DNA of 64,000 bases, taken from contig JANXBX010000006.1 in NCBI GenBank assembly GCA_025060595.1, forward strand, positions 65,657 through 129,656. Reading direction: 5' to 3'. Of the stretch, positions 54,380 to 63,927 are shown in pieces. Both the position numbers and the translations under genes were made by a program. The notes below the pieces were generated by a model, which made no database searches, had not been told where the DNA came from, and saw nothing but the letters and a program-made list of their open reading frames with translations. The first letter of the stretch is position 1, and each line of letters begins with the position of its first letter. This stretch comes from Synergistota bacterium. Lineage in GTDB: Bacteria; Synergistota; GBS-1.

Positions 54380-56080
54380 TTGAAAAAAGAACAAAAAACA
54401 GGAAACGCATCAAAACTCTTAGAAAGTATCGAAAACATGTTCTTCGAGATTTTCCAATTAACTTGGCTTTTAAACGAAAATATAAAGGTTTTTGAAAACA
54501 TAGCTGAAAGTTTCTCTAACGTAGAAAAGCTTAATATTAAGAGCTTTGACAATGCCTCAATAATAATGGAGATAGTGAATGAACTTGTAAAAATATCCAA
54601 CAAACTAAGGGAAGAAACTCTACGAGCGAAAAACATTACAGAAACACTTGAAAACACCTGTAGAAACTTAAGCATCTCTATAGCTATGGCGCGGAACGCT
54701 TTAGAAGAACAAGAAAAAATCTTCAAAAAGGTTGTAGAAACTAATGAAAATCTTATAAATCAATCAGGAGCCGTAGCAGAAATAATAAAAACTTTAAACC
54801 TGCTTGCTAAACAGATAAACCTGCTTTCTCTCAACGCCTCTATAGAAGCCGTAAAGGCCGGTGAAAAAGGGAAAGGCTTTGCGGTTGTATCACAAGAGAT
54901 AAGAAAACTCTCAGAAAAAACAAGAGAGGCTAACTCTGAAATAGAAAAAACGATCAAAAATATCGTGAACACGATAAAGGAATCTTTTGAAATAACTAAT
55001 AAATCCTTTGAAGAGTTTTCGAAACTTAAAGAATCGTTTAAGGCGTTTATGGGTTTTATATCCCAAACGGCCTCAGGATTCGAAAACGTTTTTCAAGTAA
55101 CAACAACGATAAATAGCATATCTGATGAAGTTCTTAAAGTAACAAACAAAATAGAGGAATCTTCAAGGGAAATTTTTGATACATCTAAGAATGTAAGAGA
55201 GCTATCAAGGGAGGTGGGAAATACCGTAAAGACCCAAGAAAGCAAAAACCAAGAGGTTTTAAAAATGATATCCTCTCTCAACAAAACCCTTTTCGATATA
55301 CAAAGGCAAGCATCCACCTTAAGATCCGAACAGGAGATAATTTTTGGAGTCAATCCTTTCACAAATCCTAAAACTATAAGAGAGATGTACTACCCCATAA
55401 TAAAGTGGGCTTGCGAAAAAGCAGGTTATACATCAAGAATGGTTATCGTTCACAGTTACGATGCTTTGACTCAAGCCTTAAAAGAAGAGATAGTTGATGG
55501 AGGTTGGTTTTCCCCATTCGCATATGTTGAAGCAAAGGAGACTTTGGATAATATAGTTCCTATAGCGACTCCCATAGTTAACGGAAGAGCAAGCTACGAT
55601 GGATATATTATTACCTCCAAAAAGTCCAATATAAAAAGCCTTAAAGACCTTAAAGGAAAGCGCTTCGGATTTGTAGATCCCAAAAGCGCTTCAGGTTATC
55701 TATTTTCAAAATATGCTCTACTTCAAGAGGGAATAAACCCTGATAAGGACTTCAAAGAAACCCTCTTCCTGGGAAGTCACGATAATGTTATAAAGGCTGT
55801 TCTTCAAGGAGAAATAGATGCAGGTGCCACTTACAATGAAGCACTAGAAAGAGCTAAAGAACAGGGAGTAGACATAAGTGATGTAGTTATAATAAACACC
55901 GTTAAAGATATACCTAAAGACGCAATAGTCTTACTTAATCGCCTACCACATAACTTCATAGAAAAATTCAAGGAGGCGCTTCTTTCATTTAAACAAGCCA
56001 AGGGAATTCAAGGTTTTGTTGAAGCAAGAGATGAGCGCTATGACATCATAAGAAGGGTTAAAAAAACTATATCTTTATAA
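54380..56080 (+). CDS. Soluble chemoreceptor-like protein: an MCP signalling domain fused to a C-terminal PhnD/SsuA-type periplasmic-binding-protein domain, with no TM segments
   Basis: TTG start after AGGAGGTGA. MCP signature LLSLNASIEAVKAGEKGKGFAVVSQEIRKLSEKT. The C-terminal ~250 aa match PhnD-like binding proteins (IIFGVNPFTNP...LKGKRFGFVDPKSASGYL...AGATYNEALE). No hydrophobic helices. Confidence 0.75.
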   Translation: MKKEQKTGNASKLLESIENMFFEIFQLTWLLNENIKVFENIAESFSNVEKLNIKSFDNASIIMEIVNELVKISNKLREETLRAKNITETLENTCRNLSISIAMARNALEEQEKIFKKVVETNENLINQSGAVAEIIKTLNLLAKQINLLSLNASIEAVKAGEKGKGFAVVSQEIRKLSEKTREANSEIEKTIKNIVNTIKESFEITNKSFEEFSKLKESFKAFMGFISQTASGFENVFQVTTTINSISDEVLKVTNKIEESSREIFDTSKNVRELSREVGNTVKTQESKNQEVLKMISSLNKTLFDIQRQASTLRSEQEIIFGVNPFTNPKTIREMYYPIIKWACEKAGYTSRMVIVHSYDALTQALKEEIVDGGWFSPFAYVEAKETLDNIVPIATPIVNGRASYDGYIITSKKSNIKSLKDLKGKRFGFVDPKSASGYLFSKYALLQEGINPDKDFKETLFLGSHDNVIKAVLQGEIDAGATYNEALERAKEQGVDISDVVIINTVKDIPKDAIVLLNRLPHNFIEKFKEALLSFKQAKGIQGFVEARDERYDIIRRVKKTISL

Positions 56081-57170
56081 GCTCGTATGCTTGGTTTCCT
56101 AAACCTATCTCCTCAGCATAGTCAAGCATGACCTTCCAGTTAGTTTTAGGATGAATCAAGGTAAACTTATCCTCCCCTTTACGCATGTCTTTTTCGGAAA
56201 GAGGACCAAAGGGATTTGGCAAAGCCTGATTTACAAGATCAACTGAAGCCTTATCTATAGCAACAGGATCAAAAGAGGCTAAAACACCTATATCAGGAAC
56301 TATAGAAGCATCGTTATAATTCCAGCAGTCACAAAATGGAGAAACATTAGTAATGAAGTTTATGTGAAAGGCTGGCTTATTCTTCAAAACCGCATAGGCA
56401 TACTCCACTATACGCTCACACGCTTCCAAGCTCATATCCCAATCTATATCTATCGCCTCTGAAGGACAAACAACTATACACTGACCACATCCAACGCATA
56501 TTTCGTAATTTATGTAAGCCTTCCTATTCTCATCAAAGCTTATAGCGCTATAATTACAGTTTCTAATGCACGCTCCACAAGAAACACAATCATTCTTTGA
56601 GATCCTGGGCTTAGAGTTAGAGTGCATCTTAAGCTTGCCTTCCCTGGAAGCACAACCCATTCCAACATTTTTAATTGCGCCTCCAAAACCGGTTAACTCA
56701 TGTCCTTTAAAGTGATTTAAGGAAATAATCACATCAGATTCCGCTATAGCAGAAGCTATCAACGCATAAGAAAAGTGTTTTAAGTTTATCTCTACCTTTC
56801 TACAATCAAAGCCCCTTAATCCATCGGCTATTAAAACATGACACCCAACCGTTAACGGATTAAACCCATTCTTGAAAGCAGCTTCAAGATGACTTACCGC
56901 GTTAGACCTGCTTCCCCTATAAAGTGTATTCGTATCTGTCAAAAAGGGTTTGGCACCTAAATCTCCCAAAATCTTAACGAGCCTACCAACAAAGTTATGC
57001 CTCACATAGGCCAAGTTTCCGAGCTCTCCGAAATGCATCTTTATGGCCACAAATCTTTCGGAGAGACTCAAATGACCTATGTGGGCCGTTCTAAGAAGAC
57101 GTTCAAACTTATCCAGAAGATTCTCCCGAGAAGAAGCTCTAAGGTCCATAAAATATACCTTTGAAGCCAT
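56067..57170 (-). CDS. DUF362 domain Fe-S protein with an inserted 2x[4Fe-4S] ferredoxin domain
   Basis: The N-terminal MASKVYFMDLRAS... is typical of DUF362. CVSCGACIRNC...CVGCGQCIVVCP are ferredoxin motifs. Confidence 0.75.
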   Translation of the reverse strand: MASKVYFMDLRASSRENLLDKFERLLRTAHIGHLSLSERFVAIKMHFGELGNLAYVRHNFVGRLVKILGDLGAKPFLTDTNTLYRGSRSNAVSHLEAAFKNGFNPLTVGCHVLIADGLRGFDCRKVEINLKHFSYALIASAIAESDVIISLNHFKGHELTGFGGAIKNVGMGCASREGKLKMHSNSKPRISKNDCVSCGACIRNCNYSAISFDENRKAYINYEICVGCGQCIVVCPSEAIDIDWDMSLEACERIVEYAYAVLKNKPAFHINFITNVSPFCDCWNYNDASIVPDIGVLASFDPVAIDKASVDLVNQALPNPFGPLSEKDMRKGEDKFTLIHPKTNWKVMLDYAEEIGLGNQAYELIKI

Positions 57171-57176
57171 TATTTA

Positions 57177-57494
57177 TTACTCCTCCTCTCCTCCATAATA
57201 GGCTATACTTGGATTAATGGCCTCAACCACCTTAATTCTCTTAAATCCCATACCCTCTAATTTACTAACGATGTCCCTTGTGATCTTATCTACTATGGTC
57301 CAACCCAAGGCTTTACAGAAGGGACATACACTAAGCCTCCGAGCTAAACTGACCCATATTTCAGCATAGCTTTCCTTAATCGTCATACCATAAACTAAAC
57401 CAAGGGAAACGATATCGCTTTCGGTCTCGGGATCCTTAACCTTCTTAAGCTCCTCCAAAACACTCTTTTCAATTTCATTAAGCTCTCTTTTCAC
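57177..57494 (-). CDS. DUF59 / MIP18-like metal-sulfur cluster assembly factor
   Basis: VKDPETESDIVSLGLVYG matches the DUF59 core motif. 105 aa. Confidence 0.5.
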   Translation of the reverse strand: MKRELNEIEKSVLEELKKVKDPETESDIVSLGLVYGMTIKESYAEIWVSLARRLSVCPFCKALGWTIVDKITRDIVSKLEGMGFKRIKVVEAINPSIAYYGGEEE

Positions 57495-57669
57495 TTCAAG
57501 CTCACCTCTGAATCAAAAGATTTATATAATTATAGCACTAAATAATATAATACGGTAGCGGATTCTCGCAAAGAAAGACCATCAAATTAGCTTTTAGTTC
57601 TATAATCAAAGGGATCTTTAATCGCACTCCTGATATAGATGTGACCATTCCTAAGCTTTATAAATATAA

Positions 57670-57702
57670 AAGGGCTCTCAAGCTTAAAACTTGAGAGCCC
57701 TT
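57670..57702 (-). terminator. Intrinsic terminator after the cupin gene
   Basis: The sequence aagggctctcaag-cttaaaa-cttgagagccctt, a 13-bp stem, followed on the minus strand by a U-rich run. Confidence 0.65.
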
Positions 57703-57727
57703 CGAAATCAAAGATTAATAGCTGTAC

Positions 57728-58135
57728 TTAATCCTCCTCAAAGATCTCATAAGGGCACGATGTAGGCCACTGAGGTAGCAAGCCAACAAACATTATTCCT
57801 GCTACAACCAAAAGCCTTAAATCCTCATCGCCTGTATTAAATACCCTGTGACATGTATTCTCTTTATTATAAACGGCATCACCAGCCTCGAAAGGAAACC
57901 TCTGTCCCTCTACCTCAACTTCCCCTTTACCTTGAAGAACGTAATATATTTCCTCACAATTATGACGATGAAGAGGGCTATGAGCACCTGGCGGAATCTC
58001 CACTATCCCAACTATTAGCGATTTTGTAGGAAATCCAGTCTCAGGATATATTACCTTCCAGTCCCTTACTCCCTTTTTCTTTTCCATGGGAGCTCCTCCT
58101 ATAAACTCGCTCTTTTTTATGACCACCTTATGCAA
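57728..58135 (-). CDS. Cupin domain protein
   Basis: 135 aa. Cupin motifs PGAHSPLHRHNCEEIYYVLQGKG...AVYNKENTCHRVFNTG. Confidence 0.7.
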   Translation of the reverse strand: MHKVVIKKSEFIGGAPMEKKKGVRDWKVIYPETGFPTKSLIVGIVEIPPGAHSPLHRHNCEEIYYVLQGKGEVEVEGQRFPFEAGDAVYNKENTCHRVFNTGDEDLRLLVVAGIMFVGLLPQWPTSCPYEIFEED

Positions 58136-58167
58136 TGTTTGTACACCTCCTTATGTTCTTATCTCTA

Positions 58168-59502
58168 TTAAAATATAGCCATAAATACCAATATCATAAC
58201 AAGGGTTGTAACCGCATTAATAGCAGTGGCCAAAGTATAGGTCTTAAAACCACCTTTAGTAGTTAGCCCTGAGACCTTAGCAACAACCCAAAAACCGCTA
58301 TCGTTTATATGACATCCCAAAAGAGCTCCAGAACCAATAGCCAATGCTAGCCACAAGCCAGGTACATTGAGCTGAGATATCAAAGGAGCCATAAGATTGG
58401 CAGTGGTTATTATAGCAACAGTTCCTGAACCTTGAGCTATCTTTATAACAGAAGCTATTATCCATGCTAAAAACAGAATAGGTATCTGATAAACTTTCAT
58501 AGCTTCTGCTAAAACCTTTCCTATATTACTTCCACCTAAAACGGCCCCAAGAGATCCACCTGCGCCAGTTATAAGTAAAACTATTCCAGCGCTTGCAAGA
58601 GCCTTATCTACAGACTTAGATAAACTCTCTCTGTCCATGGTGGTATAACCCACATAGAGGGCACACATCGCACCTAAAAGCATAGCTATGTTCCTATCAC
58701 CTATGAAAAGAAGGAAGCTACCAAAAGGACCTGGTTCCTTTCCAGCTATAACCCTTACCAAAGAAGCTAAAAGAATCAAAACTATAGGTGTAACTATAGG
58801 AAGAAGAGAAAGAGCAAGAGAGGGAAGTTTACCCTTCGTTGTCTCTTCGTAAGAAACATCCTTAAAGAAAACATCTTCATCTTCAGAGGTATTCCAGAAA
58901 CCCTTAACCTGAGTTATAAACTTATAGATGTAGAGAGCCAAGAAAGCTCCAGGTGCTCCAACTAAAAAGCCTCCCAAGATCATCTTTCCTAAAGGAACCT
59001 TCAAGGTATCAGCCACAACCAAAGGCCCAGGGGTAGGTGGAATAAGCATATGAGCCGTTCCTAAACCGATGATAAGCGAAGATAAAAGAAGAGGCACGCT
59101 TCCACTAGTAACTTTAGCGATCCTTCTTGCTATAGGAGCTAAGATTATAAAGCCGACGTCAAAAAATACAGGCGTAGATACTATCAGCGAAGCGGAACAA
59201 AGCGCTTCAGGTGTCCTCTTAGGAGAGAAAACCCTCAGTAAGGATCTAACTATACTCTCAACAGCACCAGAGTCAGCCAAAAGCTGTCCTATAATCACAC
59301 CGAAACCTACAACTAAGCCTATTCCCGTCATTGTGGTACCAAATCCAGAAGCTATTGTAGAAGCGGTTTTTAAAGCACCTTGACCCGAAGCTATTCCAAA
59401 GTACAAAGCTCCCAAGATCAAACCAAAGACTGGAGACCATCTATAGCGTATTATAAGTATCAGAGCTATCGCTATAGCAACAACTAAATGAAACACAAGC
59501 AT
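58168..59502 (-). CDS. GntP family permease (gluconate / sugar-acid:H+ symporter)
   Basis: A 444-aa membrane protein with the GntP-family N-terminal and internal patterns. Confidence 0.8.
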   Translation of the reverse strand: MLVFHLVVAIAIALILIIRYRWSPVFGLILGALYFGIASGQGALKTASTIASGFGTTMTGIGLVVGFGVIIGQLLADSGAVESIVRSLLRVFSPKRTPEALCSASLIVSTPVFFDVGFIILAPIARRIAKVTSGSVPLLLSSLIIGLGTAHMLIPPTPGPLVVADTLKVPLGKMILGGFLVGAPGAFLALYIYKFITQVKGFWNTSEDEDVFFKDVSYEETTKGKLPSLALSLLPIVTPIVLILLASLVRVIAGKEPGPFGSFLLFIGDRNIAMLLGAMCALYVGYTTMDRESLSKSVDKALASAGIVLLITGAGGSLGAVLGGSNIGKVLAEAMKVYQIPILFLAWIIASVIKIAQGSGTVAIITTANLMAPLISQLNVPGLWLALAIGSGALLGCHINDSGFWVVAKVSGLTTKGGFKTYTLATAINAVTTLVMILVFMAIF

Positions 59503-59521
59503 AAATTAACACCTCCTCCTA

Positions 59522-60640
59522 TTAAAATGCATATTTATTCAAGGCTTCTTCATTTACATCTATCCCTAAGCCTGGTCCATCAGGCGGGATAGCATAACCA
59601 TCAACTATCTCCAACGGGGTTCTCAGCACCTCCTCCCTTAAGGGTGTTAAAGAGACATCCCTTGGCACCTCTAAGCGGTTAGGAACTGCACAAGCAAAGT
59701 GAAGGGTAGCTGCAAAACCCACATCGCTACCATAAAAGTGAGGTGAATAAGGAAGCCCTCTTTCTTTCAGCAGATCGCATACCTTTCTCATTTCACCTAT
59801 ACTTCCCACTCTCGTTATATCAGGCATACCAATATCTATAGCTTTAAGGTCAAGGGCTTTCCTAAAGTCGCTAATACCGAAATAGTTTTCTCCAGCAGCA
59901 AGGGGGATGGTTAATCTTTCAGCTATTTCCGACATGGTTTTCAGGTCTTCACAGAGCGTAGGCTCTTCTATCCAGTCAGCTCCAGCTTCTTCCACCCTAA
60001 GCACCATTTCATAAGCCTCCTCGCTTTCCCAACCTTGATTAGCATCCACGTAAACCTTAACATCCTTACCAACGATAGATCTCGCCTTCTTTACAAGAAT
60101 AACATCCTCTTCTTTGTCAAAACCTACCCTTATCTTCAAAGCCTTAAAACCAAGTTTTAAACACATAGTTAAAGAGCTCTCCAAATCAGACATATCCATA
60201 CCTATCGCATAAAGTAGAACTTTATCCTTTTTCCCTCCGAGAAGCTTATAGAGAGGCTTATCCTCTACTTTACCCTTTATATCCCATAGCGCTATGTTAA
60301 TGGCACTTATAGCCTGGTATATACAACCGCGAGCCCCCCACTGAAGACCTAATCTATAAAGCCTTGACATAACTCTATGGGTTAATCCCTCCGGATCAAG
60401 AGGGTTTTCGCCAATCAAAAGAGGTTTAAGACCATACTCTATGGTAGCCTTTCTCTCATAAATCGCCCAAGAAGGAAAGTTAACGAAAGCCTCACCCCAA
60501 CCCGATATTCCTGCATCAGTCTCAACTTTAACCAACGCAAAGTTTCTATGAGTCAAAACACCCAATGAAAATTTAATAGGTTTAGGCAATTTACATTTAA
60601 GAGGAATGAATTTAACCTCAGTTATCCTCACATCTATCAC
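59522..60640 (-). CDS. Enolase-superfamily enzyme, mandelate racemase / muconate lactonizing subgroup (probable sugar-acid dehydratase or epimerase)
   Basis: N-terminal capping domain (...VKVETDAGISGWGEA...). Barrel-domain metal ligands (KVYVDANQGW, IEEP, LAAGENYF). Confidence 0.85.
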   Translation of the reverse strand: MIDVRITEVKFIPLKCKLPKPIKFSLGVLTHRNFALVKVETDAGISGWGEAFVNFPSWAIYERKATIEYGLKPLLIGENPLDPEGLTHRVMSRLYRLGLQWGARGCIYQAISAINIALWDIKGKVEDKPLYKLLGGKKDKVLLYAIGMDMSDLESSLTMCLKLGFKALKIRVGFDKEEDVILVKKARSIVGKDVKVYVDANQGWESEEAYEMVLRVEEAGADWIEEPTLCEDLKTMSEIAERLTIPLAAGENYFGISDFRKALDLKAIDIGMPDITRVGSIGEMRKVCDLLKERGLPYSPHFYGSDVGFAATLHFACAVPNRLEVPRDVSLTPLREEVLRTPLEIVDGYAIPPDGPGLGIDVNEEALNKYAF

Positions 60641-60692
60641 CCCCTATAATAATATATAATATGTATGATATTTAGCAAAACAAAAAAACAAA

Positions 60693-61397
60693 CTACCTAT
60701 CCTCTATAAGTTTAAAAATCTCCTCAAAATGCTTTAGCATTGCTTCTTTTGCCTTCTCTTTATTTTTCGTCCTCAAGGCATTAACTATAACCCGATGAGT
60801 ATCAACAGACTCAGTCCAGCTTCTATCTTTCTCCTTAATACACTTTTCCTTAATATATCTCCATAAATGCTTTCTCATCAAGAACAAAAATCCCTCCAAC
60901 GTACTCTCAAGTATAGAGTTCTTAGTAAATTTAGCCAAATAACTATGAAAGAAATAATCAGCTTCTATAAAGGAATCAACATCACCTATCTTACCTGCCT
61001 CATTCATCTTATTCACGAAAGACTCAAGGGTCTTGATTTCGTCTTCAGAAATCCTCTCACATACAAGCTCTGCGATACCAGGCTCCAAAGCTTTCCTAGC
61101 CTCAATTATATCTATGGTATTTTCATCCTCTTGAAGTATCTCAAGAGCCCTACTAAAGGAGATGGGAAGATATCCTGTTACGTAAGTACCATCTCCCGCT
61201 TTCCTTTCTAAAACTCCAGCCATTTCTAAAGCAACTAAAGCCTCCCTTACCGCCGTTCTACTAACACCAATTCCTTCAGCTATGACCTGTTCTGGCGGTA
61301 TCTTATCACCTACCTTAAACTTTCCAGCTTGAATGTTGTTTATTATCTGTTTAGCTACATATACGGACTTCTTGTCCCTATCAAGCTTCTCAAACAG
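60693..61397 (-). CDS. GntR family transcriptional regulator (FCD subfamily)
   Basis: An HTH (IAEGIGVSRTAVREALVALEMAG) lies upstream of the tracked ORF, followed by an FCD domain. The in-frame upstream stop is at 61404-61406 and there is no ATG/GTG/TTG between it and the HTH. The start is possibly CTG at 61395-61397, with GGAGG 9 nt upstream, or a sequencing error. Confidence 0.65.
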   Translation of the reverse strand: MFEKLDRDKKSVYVAKQIINNIQAGKFKVGDKIPPEQVIAEGIGVSRTAVREALVALEMAGVLERKAGDGTYVTGYLPISFSRALEILQEDENTIDIIEARKALEPGIAELVCERISEDEIKTLESFVNKMNEAGKIGDVDSFIEADYFFHSYLAKFTKNSILESTLEGFLFLMRKHLWRYIKEKCIKEKDRSWTESVDTHRVIVNALRTKNKEKAKEAMLKHFEEIFKLIEDR

Positions 61398-61438
61398 AGA
61401 GCTTCACCTCCAACTATCCCTATTAATTCCCGTATACC

Positions 61439-62065
61439 CTAATACTTAACCCCCAAAGCCACAAATATACTCACGCTTGCATAATCACCCTTACAGCATG
61501 ACCGAGCACAGCAGCTTTCCCCAATACCTTCCACAAAAACGCCCTTAAGCCCAGCATCTAAAAACCACTTCTTTACTTCTTCCCTTTTAAACCCCATCCA
61601 GCGATCGTGATGCTCCTCTTTTAAAAAGGTAAAGTTATGTTCATCCAAGTCGGTTATTACAAGCTTTCCACCCGGTTTTAGCACACGGGCCATCTCTCTT
61701 ATAGCTTTAGCCGGATCTTCAACATGATGAAGGCACATGTTAGCAAAAATATAGTCAAAAGAGCTATCCAGAAAAGGTATGCTTTCAGCCCCGCCGATAA
61801 CATAAATCACTTTTTCAAAATTAGAAAACTTGCTCCTCATTTTCTCTAACATGGCTTTCGATTGATCCATAGCTACAACCTTTAATCCCTTGGTAACTAA
61901 TCCCTCTGTTATAAATCCTGTTCCAGCTCCAACATCGAGAGCTTCCTTACCCTCTTTAACATCTGCAAGAGCTATAGCCTTCTCTCTAACAGCCTCTGAA
62001 AAAAAGCTAGACCTCATTTGATCCCAATTAATAGCTACTCTGTCAAAATATTCCTTACTATCCAA
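61439..62065 (-). CDS. Class I SAM-dependent methyltransferase (Methyltransf_11-like) with a Cys-rich C-terminus
   Basis: SAM-binding motif ALDVGAGTGFIT. Acidic motif II. C-terminal ESCCARSCCKGD. Confidence 0.8.
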   Translation of the reverse strand: MDSKEYFDRVAINWDQMRSSFFSEAVREKAIALADVKEGKEALDVGAGTGFITEGLVTKGLKVVAMDQSKAMLEKMRSKFSNFEKVIYVIGGAESIPFLDSSFDYIFANMCLHHVEDPAKAIREMARVLKPGGKLVITDLDEHNFTFLKEEHHDRWMGFKREEVKKWFLDAGLKGVFVEGIGESCCARSCCKGDYASVSIFVALGVKY

Positions 62066-62084
62066 AAATATCCCCCCCTCACCC

Positions 62085-62136
62085 AGATTAAAATATGGGT
62101 TAGGCAGGTTAACCTGCCTAACCCATATTTTAATCT
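62085..62136. repeat. 52-bp perfect palindrome
   Basis: The sequence agattaaaatatgggttaggcagg-ttaa-cctgcctaacccatattttaatct. It lies between the methyltransferase start and the truncated TRAP permease remnant. Confidence 0.85.
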
Positions 62137-62186
62137 AAACTTCTTTCTTTCGCCAGGTATAGGTCCCAAATATTACAAATAAGGTT

Positions 62187-62898
62187 TCAAGGAACAAAGC
62201 TAAGATCGTCACCCATGTCCAAATAGGAAGTCCCAATGCAGAGCGAGCATTCCAAGATCGAGGAGCATATTGTAAGTGTAGGCTTAAAGGTCATGAAAAG
62301 CGCCAAAGCTATCAGGATAAAAAGGGAGTATCTGCTTGCTCTTATAACCTGCTTTATAAAGACTGACTTAAGGTCAAATCTCTCCTCTCCACCTACCTGC
62401 AATGGAAAAGGCTAAATCTATAAAAAACTGCCCCGCCCCAGTTACACTAAGCAACGACCCAAATATTATAAAAACGATAATCACATTAGCAGAAACATCT
62501 AAAGCCGTCCCAAAAATCCCTTCAGTTCCATAATAAATTATGGTTGCGATCCTATTTAGGCTGTAACCCCTATGTCCGATAACAGCGGGTAGCCATTTGC
62601 CAATAAACACATATATTAAAAAGGCTATAGCTGTAACTGGCAACATCATACCAATGCTACGGCGTGCTCCTTCTATACTGACTAACACAGCGAAAATGGC
62701 TAAAACTATCTCCAAAGGCGTCCTCTGCCCAACCCCAATAAGGGTAATCTGCCTCCAAGCGACCATCAAGTAAATTCCTGAAAAAAGCGTCATGAAAACC
62801 AAAGCTAAATCAATAAAAACTGAGGTCTTATTCTTTTTACGACTTATTAAAAACATATATATAAAAACCCCAATCCAGTGGACCACCCTTTGATCCAA
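62187..62898 (-). pseudogene. TAXI-type TRAP transporter fused permease, truncated and frameshifted
   Basis: ORF 62374-62898 encodes ...GARRSIGMMLPV...HRGYSLNRIATIIYYGTEGIFGTALDVSANVIIVFIIFGSLLSVTGAGQFFIDLAFSIAGRWRG, which matches the conserved mid-N-terminal region of the ~650-aa fused DctQM permeases. The reading frame then breaks, a second-frame ORF covers 62187-62402, and the gene ends at the palindrome. Confidence 0.55.
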
Positions 62899-62976
62899 AG
62901 TGGATAAAGAACCAATAGCATTTGATAAAACGAAGGGTTCCTTCTTACATCCTCAAGAAGGAACCCCTATAAATGC

Positions 62977-63927
62977 CTATTTTAAAACCCCTTTCTCCTT
63001 AAAGAATCTCTCAGCCCCAGGGTGAAGCGGAATAGGGACGTCTTTACCATTTTCCACATTCATAACCTTAGCTGATTCAATGGTCTTTATAAGGATATCC
63101 AAATTTTCATACACAGCCTTACATATCTTATAGGCTATTTCCTCTTCTAAATCATCTCTGCAAAAAACAGCAGTTGTAGCAGCAACAGTAACCACATCTT
63201 CGTTTAATCCAGAATAAGTGTTTTTAGGGATGATAAACTTTATAAAATAAGGAGAAGCTTTAGTAACGCGCTCTATCACATCATCCTCAAACCTTATCAT
63301 TACCCAATCTTTGCTTCTTGCCGCTAACTCTATAACAGCTTTCTGGGGTATAGCAGCCATAGCTAATAAAGCATCAGCATTACCATTTAGGAGAGCTTGA
63401 ACGCCTTGGGTGTAAGAAACATAAATAGGCTTTAAATCCTCAAGGGCCATGTTATATTGCTTCAATATCTCTTTAAATAGCACTATCTGGCCTCCACCCG
63501 CTGGTCCAAGAACTACCCTTTTACCCTTCAAATCCCTCACAGTTTTTATACCAGTGGTTTTAAGAGTTAAAACATGAACAACGCTTGGCTGAATCGTAAA
63601 TAGGCCTCTTAAGTTTTTATATGCTTCCTTGTAAGGTTCAAGTCCATGATATCCAGCATAAAGTATATTACCATTAGCCATACCAATTTGAACCTTGTTT
63701 TTGGCAACCAAGACAACATTTTCAACTGATCCACCCGTAACTTCAGCGGTTGCCTGGACTCCCTCAACATATTTATTAATTATGCTTGCAATAGCCCCTC
63801 CTAAGGGATAGAAGTAACCCCCTGTTCCTGCAGTTCCTATAGAAATGTGTTTAGTAGCAGCCAGAGCGACTACATTAAAACTCAGCAATGCAAAAGCTAT
63901 CAGAAACAAAATCACAAGCCTTTTCAT
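62977..63927 (-). CDS. TAXI family TRAP-transporter solute-binding protein
   Basis: Signal peptide, then ISIGTAGTGGYFYPLGGAIASIIN, the TAXI signature. Confidence 0.8.
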   Translation of the reverse strand: MKRLVILFLIAFALLSFNVVALAATKHISIGTAGTGGYFYPLGGAIASIINKYVEGVQATAEVTGGSVENVVLVAKNKVQIGMANGNILYAGYHGLEPYKEAYKNLRGLFTIQPSVVHVLTLKTTGIKTVRDLKGKRVVLGPAGGGQIVLFKEILKQYNMALEDLKPIYVSYTQGVQALLNGNADALLAMAAIPQKAVIELAARSKDWVMIRFEDDVIERVTKASPYFIKFIIPKNTYSGLNEDVVTVAATTAVFCRDDLEEEIAYKICKAVYENLDILIKTIESAKVMNVENGKDVPIPLHPGAERFFKEKGVLK

